DNA of 64,000 nucleotides from a virus (Duplodnaviria > Caudoviricetes), in the IMG/VR virus record IMGVR_UViG_3300031227_011455, positions 1,188-65,187 of that record. One strand, written 5' to 3'. The first letter of the stretch is position 1; each line of letters opens with the position of its first letter. Below the pieces are notes generated by a model. That model saw only the letters and a program-made list of their open reading frames with translations. It was not told the DNA's origin and searched no databases. A program made the position numbers and the translations under genes. This document shows positions 1-8,725 of the stretch, piece by piece.

Positions 1-812
1 AATGTTTTAAATAATTTTTCAGGTAAACTACCAATAAACTTTATACCTTTATCTAAAACATTATAAAATTTTTTAGGTAAAGTATTTAGAAAATCCATAA
101 ACTTAAGTAATTGATTAGGTAAGTTTTTTATAACGATTGACATTCTTTCCATTATTTCTGGCAATCTTGAATAAACATTTTTAAATTTATCTATGGATGT
201 TCCCCATAAATCTTTAATTTTATTTCCAACAAAAGTTATTGATTCAGTGAATTTTTCTTTAATAGCATTACTTGCTTTTTGGAATATATCTGTTTCCATA
301 AACTTTCCAGCAAAATATCCAAACAGCGGACTAGCTTTTGCTAAACTTGCAGCCAATAAATTTCCTTTATTTATATTAAAATCTTCTTTAAGAGCTTGAC
401 CATATTGACTCATTGTCTCTTTGGTTGCAATTGCAGTATTTGTTAATATTCTTTTTGAACCTCTTCCAATTACATCAATTGTATATCCAAGTTTTCCAAG
501 AATTTGTTGTGCTGATTTTTCAATACTTTTTATTTCTTTTGAAGAACTTAACTCTTTCATATTAATTCGTTCAGATAATTTTTGTTGACTCTTTGTTGTA
601 GATGAAATAAAACTAGTTATACTTTTCATCTCTTTTTGGAAACCTTGTTGTGATTTTTCTAGTTGTCCAGCTAGTGAATTAATATTTTTATGAACCTGTG
701 TAATTTTTACTTTATCTTCTATTGAAGTATTTGATAATATATCATTAAATTCCGGATCATTCTCAAAAGTCTTTCCATATTTTTTTGTGTCATCACTATA
801 ATCTTTTGCCAT
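1..812 (-). CDS. Partial (runs off the window) helical virion protein, possibly tape-measure/tail-associated
   Basis: ATG at 812 after a GGAG SD; I translated it by hand (MAKDYSDDTKKYGKTFEND...) and it stays open to position 1. It is not in the ORF track because no stop is present. Amphipathic helical composition; downstream of terminase and hub genes. Confidence 0.7.
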   Translation of the reverse strand, partial: MAKDYSDDTKKYGKTFENDPEFNDILSNTSIEDKVKITQVHKNINSLAGQLEKSQQGFQKEMKSITSFISSTTKSQQKLSERINMKELSSSKEIKSIEKSAQQILGKLGYTIDVIGRGSKRILTNTAIATKETMSQYGQALKEDFNINKGNLLAASLAKASPLFGYFAGKFMETDIFQKASNAIKEKFTESITFVGNKIKDLWGTSIDKFKNVYSRLPEIMERMSIVIKNLPNQLLKFMDFLNTLPKKFYNVLDKGIKFIGSLPEKLFKT

Positions 813-824
813 TATTTAAACTCC

Positions 825-1766
825 TTAGATTGACTCTAAAGCACTTTTAATTTTTGAATCTATTTTTATATCAGTACAACCACAAATTACTTCACTTGGT
901 GCAATAATTTCTTGGATACATCCTTTAACTGGAACTTTACCAAAAGATTTTTTATATGAACTATATAAAGGATTAATCAGATGTTTATATTTTTTACCAT
1001 AACTCATAAGCATTTTAATATTATTGGTTAATAATAAACGAACTAACATAAGATAACTTGAAAGAACATTTTCAAATTCATCTTTACTTAATTTAGAAAA
1101 AGGTATTAATTTTACTAATTTATCAAATAATTTTTTAAGTGAAACATTAGTTTTTGTTGTAGACTCAATATTAAAGAAAAGATATTTATAAATGTCTTCA
1201 ATAACATTTTTAACCATTTTATCATCTTTAAGTTTAAAAATTTCTTTAAAATAATTAGAATAATATGAGTTTAACTCATTTTTAAATAAAGATATAAATT
1301 TGTTTGGTTTTAGGTGTGAATACATATGCATCATTTCATGTGTTAAAGAAATAGATATTGAAATATCAGATGCTGTAGTAGAATACTTTTCATCTAAATG
1401 ATTACTAATTAAAAATATAATTTTATGTTCAGTATAGTCATAATATGCTAAAATATAATCTAATGGATGTTCTGCATCATCACCTATTAAAAATCTAACT
1501 ACTCTTAATAATCCTCCGCTTGTATCTTTAGATATCTTTCTTCTAAAATATGATAACATTCCCTTATCTGCAAAACAAGGAATAATAACTTCATCTTTTA
1601 CTAAATCTTCCACTCTTTTTGAAACTAGCTTTCCTCTTTTACTATTATTAATTGATTGAATAAATTTATCATTTAAAGTTTGAGATCCATATAATGGTAT
1701 GTTATCACACATGGCTACTTTATGTAATCCAATTGGTAAAGCAAATAATTCTTTTAAGTTAGACAT
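825..1766 (-). CDS. Hypothetical protein with HExxH zinc-metallopeptidase motif, in structural cluster
   Basis: 313 aa; LTHEMMH motif preceded by a strand-like LAYYD segment. Confidence 0.6.
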   Translation of the reverse strand: MSNLKELFALPIGLHKVAMCDNIPLYGSQTLNDKFIQSINNSKRGKLVSKRVEDLVKDEVIIPCFADKGMLSYFRRKISKDTSGGLLRVVRFLIGDDAEHPLDYILAYYDYTEHKIIFLISNHLDEKYSTTASDISISISLTHEMMHMYSHLKPNKFISLFKNELNSYYSNYFKEIFKLKDDKMVKNVIEDIYKYLFFNIESTTKTNVSLKKLFDKLVKLIPFSKLSKDEFENVLSSYLMLVRLLLTNNIKMLMSYGKKYKHLINPLYSSYKKSFGKVPVKGCIQEIIAPSEVICGCTDIKIDSKIKSALESI

Positions 1767-1794
1767 TTATTATCCTCTATTAATTCTTGAATTT

Positions 1795-3432
1795 TTATCT
1801 CTTAAAAAATTCTAATGTATTTATCATAGCATCTTCATAATCAAATACGTTTTCTTTTACATGTTTCATAATACTAGCATTATCTAATAATTCATGACTA
1901 GTATCAGAATTATTCATATCTAAAATATCCATAAAAGCATTTTGAGCAGTTGTGTTATTTTCGATAAATAGGGGAGGATCATATTTTCTAATATACATAC
2001 AGAATGATAAAGTTAATGCTAAGTCATCATTTACTCCAGAATCTGCTTCCACTCTTCCATTTTTATCTACCAATCCAATTAATTCTAATGCTAATCTTTT
2101 TGACTTAACCATTTCTGGATATTGTGTTATATAAGAATATAATGCATCTATCATCAATGGTCTTGTTTTTGCATTAGTTGAAAGACCAGGAGCTTTTTTA
2201 TTTTCTCCTCTTTTTTCTTTATACATCATTACAGAAAAGTCACTATTATTAACCTCTTCCATAACTTGGTTTCCATATGAATTATTTTCAATTACAATCG
2301 TACCAGGATAAAGAGCTGCTGCATATTTAACTACTTTTATAAAATCCCTAACCTGACTCTTTGATTGATATTCCCAAACTTGATCTAATGTTTCATAATC
2401 CCATATTGTAATAGCAGATTTATCTGATCCAAATTCTGGCGCAGTATCAACACCAGTTATATAATGTTTTCCAGGAATTGGTTCTTGAAATTTCCACATT
2501 TCTCCATTAAATAATTTAAATGTTTCAATTGGTTCTATACTACCTTCTTGTAATTTTAAACAAGTTTGTGCATCAAAGAAAGAACCGCTAGAAGGTAAGA
2601 ATTTTAACTCAAGTTCCTGCTCAATTTGTCTTTGATCATTGTCAAACATTTCACATTGTTGTTTATACCATAATGGATCATTTGCTAATTCTGGAATATC
2701 TTTCCAATAAACAACACATGGTTTAAATATTCCTTCTTTATTTATTGCTTTACTATATCTAGAATAATACCAAGCTCCAGTTCCCATTGTTTTATTTGGA
2801 GTCGAAATTATTAAAGTTCCATATGGAACACCAGAAACTCTAGCTTGACGTTGAGCTGTACTAAGACCAGGAACAATAGCTGTCCACGCACGATCTATTT
2901 TGGCAATCCATGAAGCTTCATCAATCACTAAAAATGTTACGGGTTTACCTCTCAATGTTTTCTCTGGAGCAATAGGATTTACAGGAGCAACAAATAATTT
3001 AGATCCATTTGATAAAATAAAACTTTGTTCAGATCTTTTATCGAAACACCAACTTTCCCTTCCTTTTTTTGGAACCAACCAAATAGGAAGTTTTTCTATC
3101 ATGCTTCTTATACATCTAGAAAAAGATGTGGATTCTTGGCCATCCTTTGATACAACTCCTATAATAGCATTGTCAAAAAAGTTTAATAACCATGCACAAT
3201 AAGCTTGTGTGGTTGTAGATATCCCTGTTTGACGCGTTTTTAGGACTATAACATGTTTTTCTTTTTGAACTAAATTTATAAACTCGAGTTGTTTTTGATA
3301 AGGTGTATATAGAACATCGCCGCCAGTTAATTCCAGGTATATATAATTTTTTGCAAAATGCTCAAAATCATTCTTACATCTTATGTATTCTTCAACTTGC
3401 CATTCAAGAATATCTTTTGTTTCTTGTTTCAT
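1795..3432 (-). CDS. terL: Terminase large subunit (T4 gp17-like)
   Basis: PYQ adenine-binding motif, Walker A variant KTRQTGIST, Walker B FLVIDEA, ISTP motif III, RNase H-like GVDTA, IENN, NDDL. Confidence 0.92.
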   Translation of the reverse strand: MKQETKDILEWQVEEYIRCKNDFEHFAKNYIYLELTGGDVLYTPYQKQLEFINLVQKEKHVIVLKTRQTGISTTTQAYCAWLLNFFDNAIIGVVSKDGQESTSFSRCIRSMIEKLPIWLVPKKGRESWCFDKRSEQSFILSNGSKLFVAPVNPIAPEKTLRGKPVTFLVIDEASWIAKIDRAWTAIVPGLSTAQRQARVSGVPYGTLIISTPNKTMGTGAWYYSRYSKAINKEGIFKPCVVYWKDIPELANDPLWYKQQCEMFDNDQRQIEQELELKFLPSSGSFFDAQTCLKLQEGSIEPIETFKLFNGEMWKFQEPIPGKHYITGVDTAPEFGSDKSAITIWDYETLDQVWEYQSKSQVRDFIKVVKYAAALYPGTIVIENNSYGNQVMEEVNNSDFSVMMYKEKRGENKKAPGLSTNAKTRPLMIDALYSYITQYPEMVKSKRLALELIGLVDKNGRVEADSGVNDDLALTLSFCMYIRKYDPPLFIENNTTAQNAFMDILDMNNSDTSHELLDNASIMKHVKENVFDYEDAMINTLEFFKR

Positions 3433-3443
3433 ATTTATTTCCT

Positions 3444-4685
3444 TTACTGATATTGATTTGTTCTTTCAAGATTTATAACACATGCACTAAACCAATCAGC
3501 AGCATTTCTTGTAAACGATATATCACTTGACTTTAAGATATATTTTCCAGCTAATGGAACATATTCAACAGATCCGCATTTTAATTTAACTGGTTCACCT
3601 ACTTTGATTAAACTCATAATTGGTAAGCTTTTTTCTAAAGCTATTTGTACATTTGACATTCCTATAATATTTCTTGCTACTCTAACATTTGCAAATACAT
3701 CAGAATCATCATTACCACTATAATTAATATTATAAACTTCTCTATCATTTAAGTTTGAATCATTTAATATTTCTGGATTTTTTGCAATTGCTCCATATTT
3801 AAGACAAACATCATTTAATTCTTGTTCTATTATTCTATATAACATATCTTTTGGTTTAACAACATAATTAATTTTTTTACCTATTACTGCAAATTTAGTA
3901 TTGTTAGAATATTGATTTTTTAATGCTCCGTATGTATAAAAAGATCTACCATCATTACATTTTTTGGTGATAATATCTTCATTATTTTCACTATCAAAAG
4001 CTAATTGATATATTGTAAATACTTGATTCTTATTCATTCTTTTTGTTAAATTTTGAATATAAACTATATTATCATATTGACAAAATCCTAAGTTTGAAAC
4101 TCCTTCAAAAAGTCCAAAATAATTATCTAAATATCTAATGGAATTATATAACGTTGTTGGTGGTAAAACAATTTGGTCTATTACTTTAGAATTTTCTCCA
4201 TCTGAATCATATATTAATTCTGCTCCTGCTTTAGAAACAATATCCTGGATTACTTGTTTAGGTGTTTTTTCTAAAAATACATCATTAACAATAGATGTCA
4301 TTGTTTTAAATGGGTTTCTACATACAGTAATAAATTTAACTAAACTTCTATCTTTACTAATACCTTCTGAAATTTTTGGTTTTGTTTGATTCATTGAACT
4401 AGTTTTAATATGTAATAATTCCATTTGAACATCTTCTAATGGAATATTTTCACCTTGTTTTCCTAATAGTCTAATTGCTAATTTTATAGGTTCTTTTCCT
4501 ACAACATCTTCAAGAATTAAATCATTTGGATCTAATGATAATGAAATAGCTACAATTTGGTACGCCCCGTTTATGCTTGAAATTATTCGTACAGATCTTA
4601 AATCATTTGTATAGTCTAGATCTTTAATTTTTAATTGTATATCATAACTTCTAGTTGGTGTGTATACCCTTTTAGTTTCTGGCAT
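3444..4685 (-). CDS. Probable baseplate hub-like tail protein
   Basis: 413 aa; beta-rich gp27/gp44-like layout with C-terminal 'GKYILKSSDISF' segment; structural neighbourhood. Confidence 0.55.
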   Translation of the reverse strand: MPETKRVYTPTRSYDIQLKIKDLDYTNDLRSVRIISSINGAYQIVAISLSLDPNDLILEDVVGKEPIKLAIRLLGKQGENIPLEDVQMELLHIKTSSMNQTKPKISEGISKDRSLVKFITVCRNPFKTMTSIVNDVFLEKTPKQVIQDIVSKAGAELIYDSDGENSKVIDQIVLPPTTLYNSIRYLDNYFGLFEGVSNLGFCQYDNIVYIQNLTKRMNKNQVFTIYQLAFDSENNEDIITKKCNDGRSFYTYGALKNQYSNNTKFAVIGKKINYVVKPKDMLYRIIEQELNDVCLKYGAIAKNPEILNDSNLNDREVYNINYSGNDDSDVFANVRVARNIIGMSNVQIALEKSLPIMSLIKVGEPVKLKCGSVEYVPLAGKYILKSSDISFTRNAADWFSACVINLERTNQYQ

Positions 4686-4698
4686 TTAAATTATATCC

Positions 4699-5019
4699 TT
4701 AATCATTTTCTACATATTTTTTTAGAAGAGCGTAATAGTCATTACCTTTTCCTATTCCTGTTCCTGGAACTTCCTTCATGTGAGCATATGCAATTTTTCC
4801 TGTAATTATTGGATCATCATTTGTAACATTTGTTTGAAGATCTTTATTCCCATGCTCCCTTTCAATATTGAGACCAATTACAAAATTTTCTAAACTATGT
4901 TTAGTCCAATCTACACCAATTTCATCTCCAACTTTTTTAGCTTCTTCTGGTGTAAAATTTTTCTCTTTAGATTCTTGTTCTAATATCCTAATTAAATAAT
5001 TATCTATAATAGTATTCAT
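4699..5019 (-). CDS. DUF5661-like phage protein
   Basis: GLNIEREH...KIAYAHMKE...DYY pattern. Confidence 0.65.
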   Translation of the reverse strand: MNTIIDNYLIRILEQESKEKNFTPEEAKKVGDEIGVDWTKHSLENFVIGLNIEREHGNKDLQTNVTNDDPIITGKIAYAHMKEVPGTGIGKGNDYYALLKKYVEND

Positions 5020-5044
5020 TTTGTTACACCTTTAACAATTGTAT

Positions 5045-5061
5045 TTTATAATTTGTTCTAA
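5045..5061 (-). promoter_or_regulatory. Candidate phage promoter, class B (TTAGAACAAATTATAAA)
   Basis: 17-mer identical to 59408-59424; intergenic, upstream of the structural/terminase genes. Confidence 0.6.
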
Positions 5062-5093
5062 CAAAAAAAGAAACAAAAAAAATTTTTCCGGAA

Positions 5094-5134
5094 AAATGAA
5101 GGTTTGAGCTATTAAGAAACCCAAACCTTCATTT
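5094..5134 (-). terminator. Intrinsic terminator
   Basis: 13-bp stem aaatgaaggtttg/caaaccttcattt followed by T-rich tracts on the minus strand. Confidence 0.7.
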
Positions 5135-5144
5135 ACGCTGGATA

Positions 5145-5377
5145 TTAATTTTTTATGTCATGTAATGGAAACGGTGATACAACTATTTCAGGTTCAAGAT
5201 ATACAGGTCTTGGTTTGTTCGTTTTTGGATCAATCATCATAAGCCATGTTGCGCTTGATGAAGTAGGCATGAATATTGTGCTGTGTAACTCTGAGGTACA
5301 TCAAATTGAAACTTAATAATATAAAGGTTTCTTTTCCCACAATGAATACATTTCCAATTAATCTTTGTATTTTTCAT
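5145..5377 (-). pseudogene. Chimeric gene remnants: a CxxC N-terminal fragment joined out of frame to the C-terminal fragment of a conserved phage protein
   Basis: 5377: MKNTKINWKCIHCGKRN...; 5270-5145: (IF)MPTSSSATWLMMIDPKTNKPRPVYLEPEIVVSPFPL, which resembles the C-terminus of a longer phage protein family. Confidence 0.5.
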
Positions 5378-6082
5378 TTATTCCTTTAATAATTCAGAGT
5401 TTTTGAAGATGTGATTTTCAATAACTTTCCGATCTTGTGTGAATCTTGGAGCGTGTATTGTTTGCCATCCTAGTTCATCCTTGTAAATAAATTGTCCATT
5501 CTTCCATCTACCATCAAGGTCTGCCCAATTTATACCCTTGTTGTGTAGCATTTCGTGCATATCGGATTGATTCTTTTTATGAAGCTCATTGTGGGAAAAG
5601 TACGATCTCGCTAACATCTCCACTGAGTTCCTTGTCCAATCCATTTGTCGCCAGATGAAATAATTACATACTTCTTCTTTTGGTATATTGAATGTACGAC
5701 TATCAAATATTCCTCTTTTGTCTCCATTCCATATGCAAGAAAAGTATGCTGATGCCATCCCAGCAGATACAGAAACCATTTTTTGTATATTGTAATCAAA
5801 CCATGCTTCTGTAGTTAATTTATCGAAATCGGTCAATAAAATTGATATTTCATCCGACTGGATGTAAGCACATTTTGCACCTTGGATGCCTCTACAAAGG
5901 GCTTGAGCGGTTGCGTCCATCGTACTAGCAAACACATAGTCAAATGGTTTAATACAATCTTTTGTTACTGAATGAAACGATTTACCATCCAACCTTATAA
6001 TTACGGGCATCCTACGAGTCAATTTTATCCGATATCTATCCTCGTATTTTTCCTTCATTCTATCACCTAACGAATCAGCCAT
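5378..6082 (-). CDS. thg1: tRNA(His) guanylyltransferase Thg1-like protein (3'-5' polymerase)
   Basis: IIRLDGKSFH, YIQSDEIS, FDSR, YFIWRQMD motifs. Confidence 0.95.
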   Translation of the reverse strand: MADSLGDRMKEKYEDRYRIKLTRRMPVIIRLDGKSFHSVTKDCIKPFDYVFASTMDATAQALCRGIQGAKCAYIQSDEISILLTDFDKLTTEAWFDYNIQKMVSVSAGMASAYFSCIWNGDKRGIFDSRTFNIPKEEVCNYFIWRQMDWTRNSVEMLARSYFSHNELHKKNQSDMHEMLHNKGINWADLDGRWKNGQFIYKDELGWQTIHAPRFTQDRKVIENHIFKNSELLKE

Positions 6083-6100
6083 AATTCACCTTCCTTTTTT

Positions 6101-6298
6101 AGAAAGACTAGACGAAATGAATAGCACCATTTTTCGGGGAGATAATTTAACCCCCGTCCGACACTTTATCTAACTAATAAACTCCCGGGATTTATTAGCA
6201 TGTGTTTATAGTGTCCCATACCCTAACACCCTGTGGGCTTACTCTCTGGATACACGCTATTCCTTACCAACAGTCAACGTACATCGTCCAATCCTTCC
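6101..6298 (-). ncRNA. Candidate ~197-nt structured RNA (RNase P RNA-like, alternatively a T-box-like leader)
   Basis: GC-rich intergenic island. 14-bp terminal helix 6284-6297/6102-6115 with G-U pairs that favour the minus strand; 8-bp helix 6255-6262/6119-6126; internal hairpins; AGAGAG and GGUGUUA T-loop-like motifs. Confidence 0.7.
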
Positions 6299-6314
6299 CA
6301 AAATATACCTTCTA

Positions 6315-6497
6315 TTAATCATCAAGGGCTTCATAAATATCTTTCGCTTTTTCATTATACCATGAACTATGATCTTTAATTCTTTTTAAATTCTCTTTTG
6401 CTATTTCTAAATTATTCCATGATAAATCAATTAAACTTTCTGTTTCTCTGTTGCTAAATGAATCACCAGTACTATATGATATATTTATTCTATACAT
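6315..6497 (-). CDS. Small phage protein (Y.TGDSF motif), possibly truncated
   Basis: 60 aa; start overlaps the upstream stop. Confidence 0.55.
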   Translation of the reverse strand: MYRINISYSTGDSFSNRETESLIDLSWNNLEIAKENLKRIKDHSSWYNEKAKDIYEALDD

Positions 6498-7380
6498 TAT
6501 TATTTAACTCATCTAACAAATGTTGAATTTGAACAGGGATTACAAGGACTTTTTCAGCTATATCATTTAAGAGAGATTTGATATTTACATTCTTTTCAAT
6601 AGTTGAGAAAAAGGTAATTGCTGAAAACAAATTCCAAGCATTAACTCTACCATCTGTTTCTTTTGTCATATCAGCTATCATAGCGGAAACTTCTTTTCTT
6701 CTTCTTTTTCCAATCTCTTCTAACATAGAAAATACATTTAACAGATTCTCTTGATTTACTTCTGTATTAAAATTTGAATCAATTATTTCTAAAATATTAT
6801 TTGAAAATATTTCTATATAACTTCCTATTGGAGTTGAAAAAGTTGTTCTTGAATGTATATTATGAACTTGTCTAACTTTTCCAATTTTATTTCTAAATCC
6901 AAAACCAAAGAATCGTGAATTATCTTCTAAAATACTAAATCCGAAAAGAAACTCTCTTGCTCCACTACCATCATATGTATTCTTTACAATTATCTGAGGG
7001 TAAACATCTCCGACTTTTGGAATATTAGAACTATGCTGAATTAATATTTCATTTGACATTCTTGTCCTAATAGGATTTAAATAAATAAATTCTCTGAAAA
7101 TTGGAATTCCTACATCAAGTATAGATTGTCTAATTTTTTCATTCATTACTTCATTACCTTCAAATTGATAAGAGTCTGATACATAACCAGAATATTTAAA
7201 CTCTGTATTATCAACTGGAGGTTTTGTAAAAACTGAATATAGTGGAACATCAATATTATCTTTTGTTTGAAGATGTTTATAAATTACACTACCAATAATA
7301 TCATCATATTGAAAACATGCATTTCCAATATCATTCAGACCCATTGTTTGAGCTCTCTCCTGAAAGTTCTGAATTGTCAT
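6490..7380 (-). CDS. DUF932-like phage protein
   Basis: IIVKNTYDGSGA resembles the DUF932 NSHDGS motif; C-terminal NAWNLFSAIT. Confidence 0.55.
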   Translation of the reverse strand: MTIQNFQERAQTMGLNDIGNACFQYDDIIGSVIYKHLQTKDNIDVPLYSVFTKPPVDNTEFKYSGYVSDSYQFEGNEVMNEKIRQSILDVGIPIFREFIYLNPIRTRMSNEILIQHSSNIPKVGDVYPQIIVKNTYDGSGAREFLFGFSILEDNSRFFGFGFRNKIGKVRQVHNIHSRTTFSTPIGSYIEIFSNNILEIIDSNFNTEVNQENLLNVFSMLEEIGKRRRKEVSAMIADMTKETDGRVNAWNLFSAITFFSTIEKNVNIKSLLNDIAEKVLVIPVQIQHLLDELNNNV

Positions 7381-7600
7381 CTTTTGTTTCTCCTTTTTCT
7401 ATTTCATTTAATACTATTTCTGTTTCATCAACTATTTTTAAAGTTGTATTTGGAGGTAAATTATTTTGAATGTCATAAAACATTTTATAAAAGTTTTCAT
7501 CTTTATCTTTTGGAAAACAAAGTATAGATTTTTCTTCTGTAACTAATATTTTTTCCAAATTTAATAATTCTGAAATATATTCTAATGTTTTTTGTTCCAT
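7331..7600 (-). CDS. Hypothetical protein
   Basis: 89 aa ORF in a tight operon. Confidence 0.6.
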   Translation of the reverse strand: MEQKTLEYISELLNLEKILVTEEKSILCFPKDKDENFYKMFYDIQNNLPPNTTLKIVDETEIVLNEIEKGETKDDNSELSGESSNNGSE

Positions 7601-7602
7601 TT

Positions 7603-8244
7603 TTATCCATCCGTTCTTCTTGCTAAAAATCTTAGATAAATATCTCTACCATCAAATTTAAAACTCTCAATAACATCTACTATTTTAAACCTTCCTTCTA
7701 ATTCAAAAAAGTGAATTGCTCTATCCTTAGTCCAAACAGATGTGTGAGGATCATATTGCTCATTTAATAATTCAAAAGTTGTAATAATATCATCCGCTTC
7801 AAAATTTGGATCATTTATTGGATCTTCATTTAAAATTCTTTCTGCTAATAATTTATAGTTAGGAACTATTATATCTACCAAACCATCTTCTTTAATACAA
7901 GTCGAAAGAATATATAAGAAATACAATAGTTTAGCTTTAGGAACATGTTCTAAAAATCTATACATTATAATTTTATCAAAAATATATTTATAATTTTCTA
8001 AAAAATTATAAATATCACAATTACAATAATGAATATCACCATAGAAATTAGTACATGATTTAGTACCGCTTAAACTATTTAAACTATAATGATAACTATT
8101 ATGAATTTCTTCAATTTTATCTGGAGTAGTTCCATTGAAGTAATTTTTATCTAAGTTAACTAAAATATCACTATCATTTATTATTTCACCATCTTGGTAT
8201 GGAATTGGTGATATTTTTCCTGCGCCAATATTTAAAATTATCAT
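7603..8244 (-). CDS. Class I SAM-dependent methyltransferase
   Basis: LNIGAG motif I, FLEHVP, GLVDIIVP. Confidence 0.75.
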   Translation of the reverse strand: MIILNIGAGKISPIPYQDGEIINDSDILVNLDKNYFNGTTPDKIEEIHNSYHYSLNSLSGTKSCTNFYGDIHYCNCDIYNFLENYKYIFDKIIMYRFLEHVPKAKLLYFLYILSTCIKEDGLVDIIVPNYKLLAERILNEDPINDPNFEADDIITTFELLNEQYDPHTSVWTKDRAIHFFELEGRFKIVDVIESFKFDGRDIYLRFLARRTDG

Positions 8245-8498
8245 TTAGTTTTCTCCTCATTATCTTTAGAAATTAAAATTACTTTCATTTTTTCAACTTT
8301 TTCTAAAACCATATCTTGCTTACCTATTTCACATTCAAAAATTCCAAAACTATCTTTTTTATTTCTAATACTAAAATTAAATTGATCACAATTATCAAAT
8401 GGGTTATTTTGGATTATTTTATTTTGTGGTTTTGAAAGTAAAACAAGAATATTATTTTCTATTGCATCTTCTGGTATTAATTTAGCTTTAACTATCAT
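8241..8498 (-). CDS. Hypothetical protein
   Basis: ATGA-type overlaps with neighbours. Confidence 0.65.
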   Translation of the reverse strand: MIVKAKLIPEDAIENNILVLLSKPQNKIIQNNPFDNCDQFNFSIRNKKDSFGIFECEIGKQDMVLEKVEKMKVILISKDNEEKTK

Positions 8499-8725
8499 TT
8501 TGTTTTCTCCAAATTCTCAACTAAAAAATCTTTATATTTATCAATATCCTTTGAATCTATTATATAATTACTTTTGAATATATCATAATTTATACCAGCT
8601 GGAGGTGGATAATATGGTAAATTCAAAATTCCATATTTATCACATTCAATTATATCATCTCTTGTTTCTGGTGTTACAATTATACAATGTTGTAGTTTCA
8701 TTTCTCTCCTCTTATAAAAACTCAA
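8495..8725 (-). CDS. Hypothetical protein
   Basis: ORF in operon; the true start may be the second Met (MKLQH). Confidence 0.6.
   Translation of the reverse strand: MSFYKRREMKLQHCIIVTPETRDDIIECDKYGILNLPYYPPPAGINYDIFKSNYIIDSKDIDKYKDFLVENLEKTK

Noticed and set aside
5611-5799. Nested minus-strand ORFs (5611-5799 and 38596-38781)
   Set aside because: Alternative frames inside thg1 and the helicase, with no independent evidence.
6101-6298. tRNA-His, tmRNA, SRP or 6S RNA next to thg1
   Set aside because: No cloverleaf, T-psi-C loop or CCA end; no SRP helix-8 motif; the fold is multibranched rather than a 6S-like rod.
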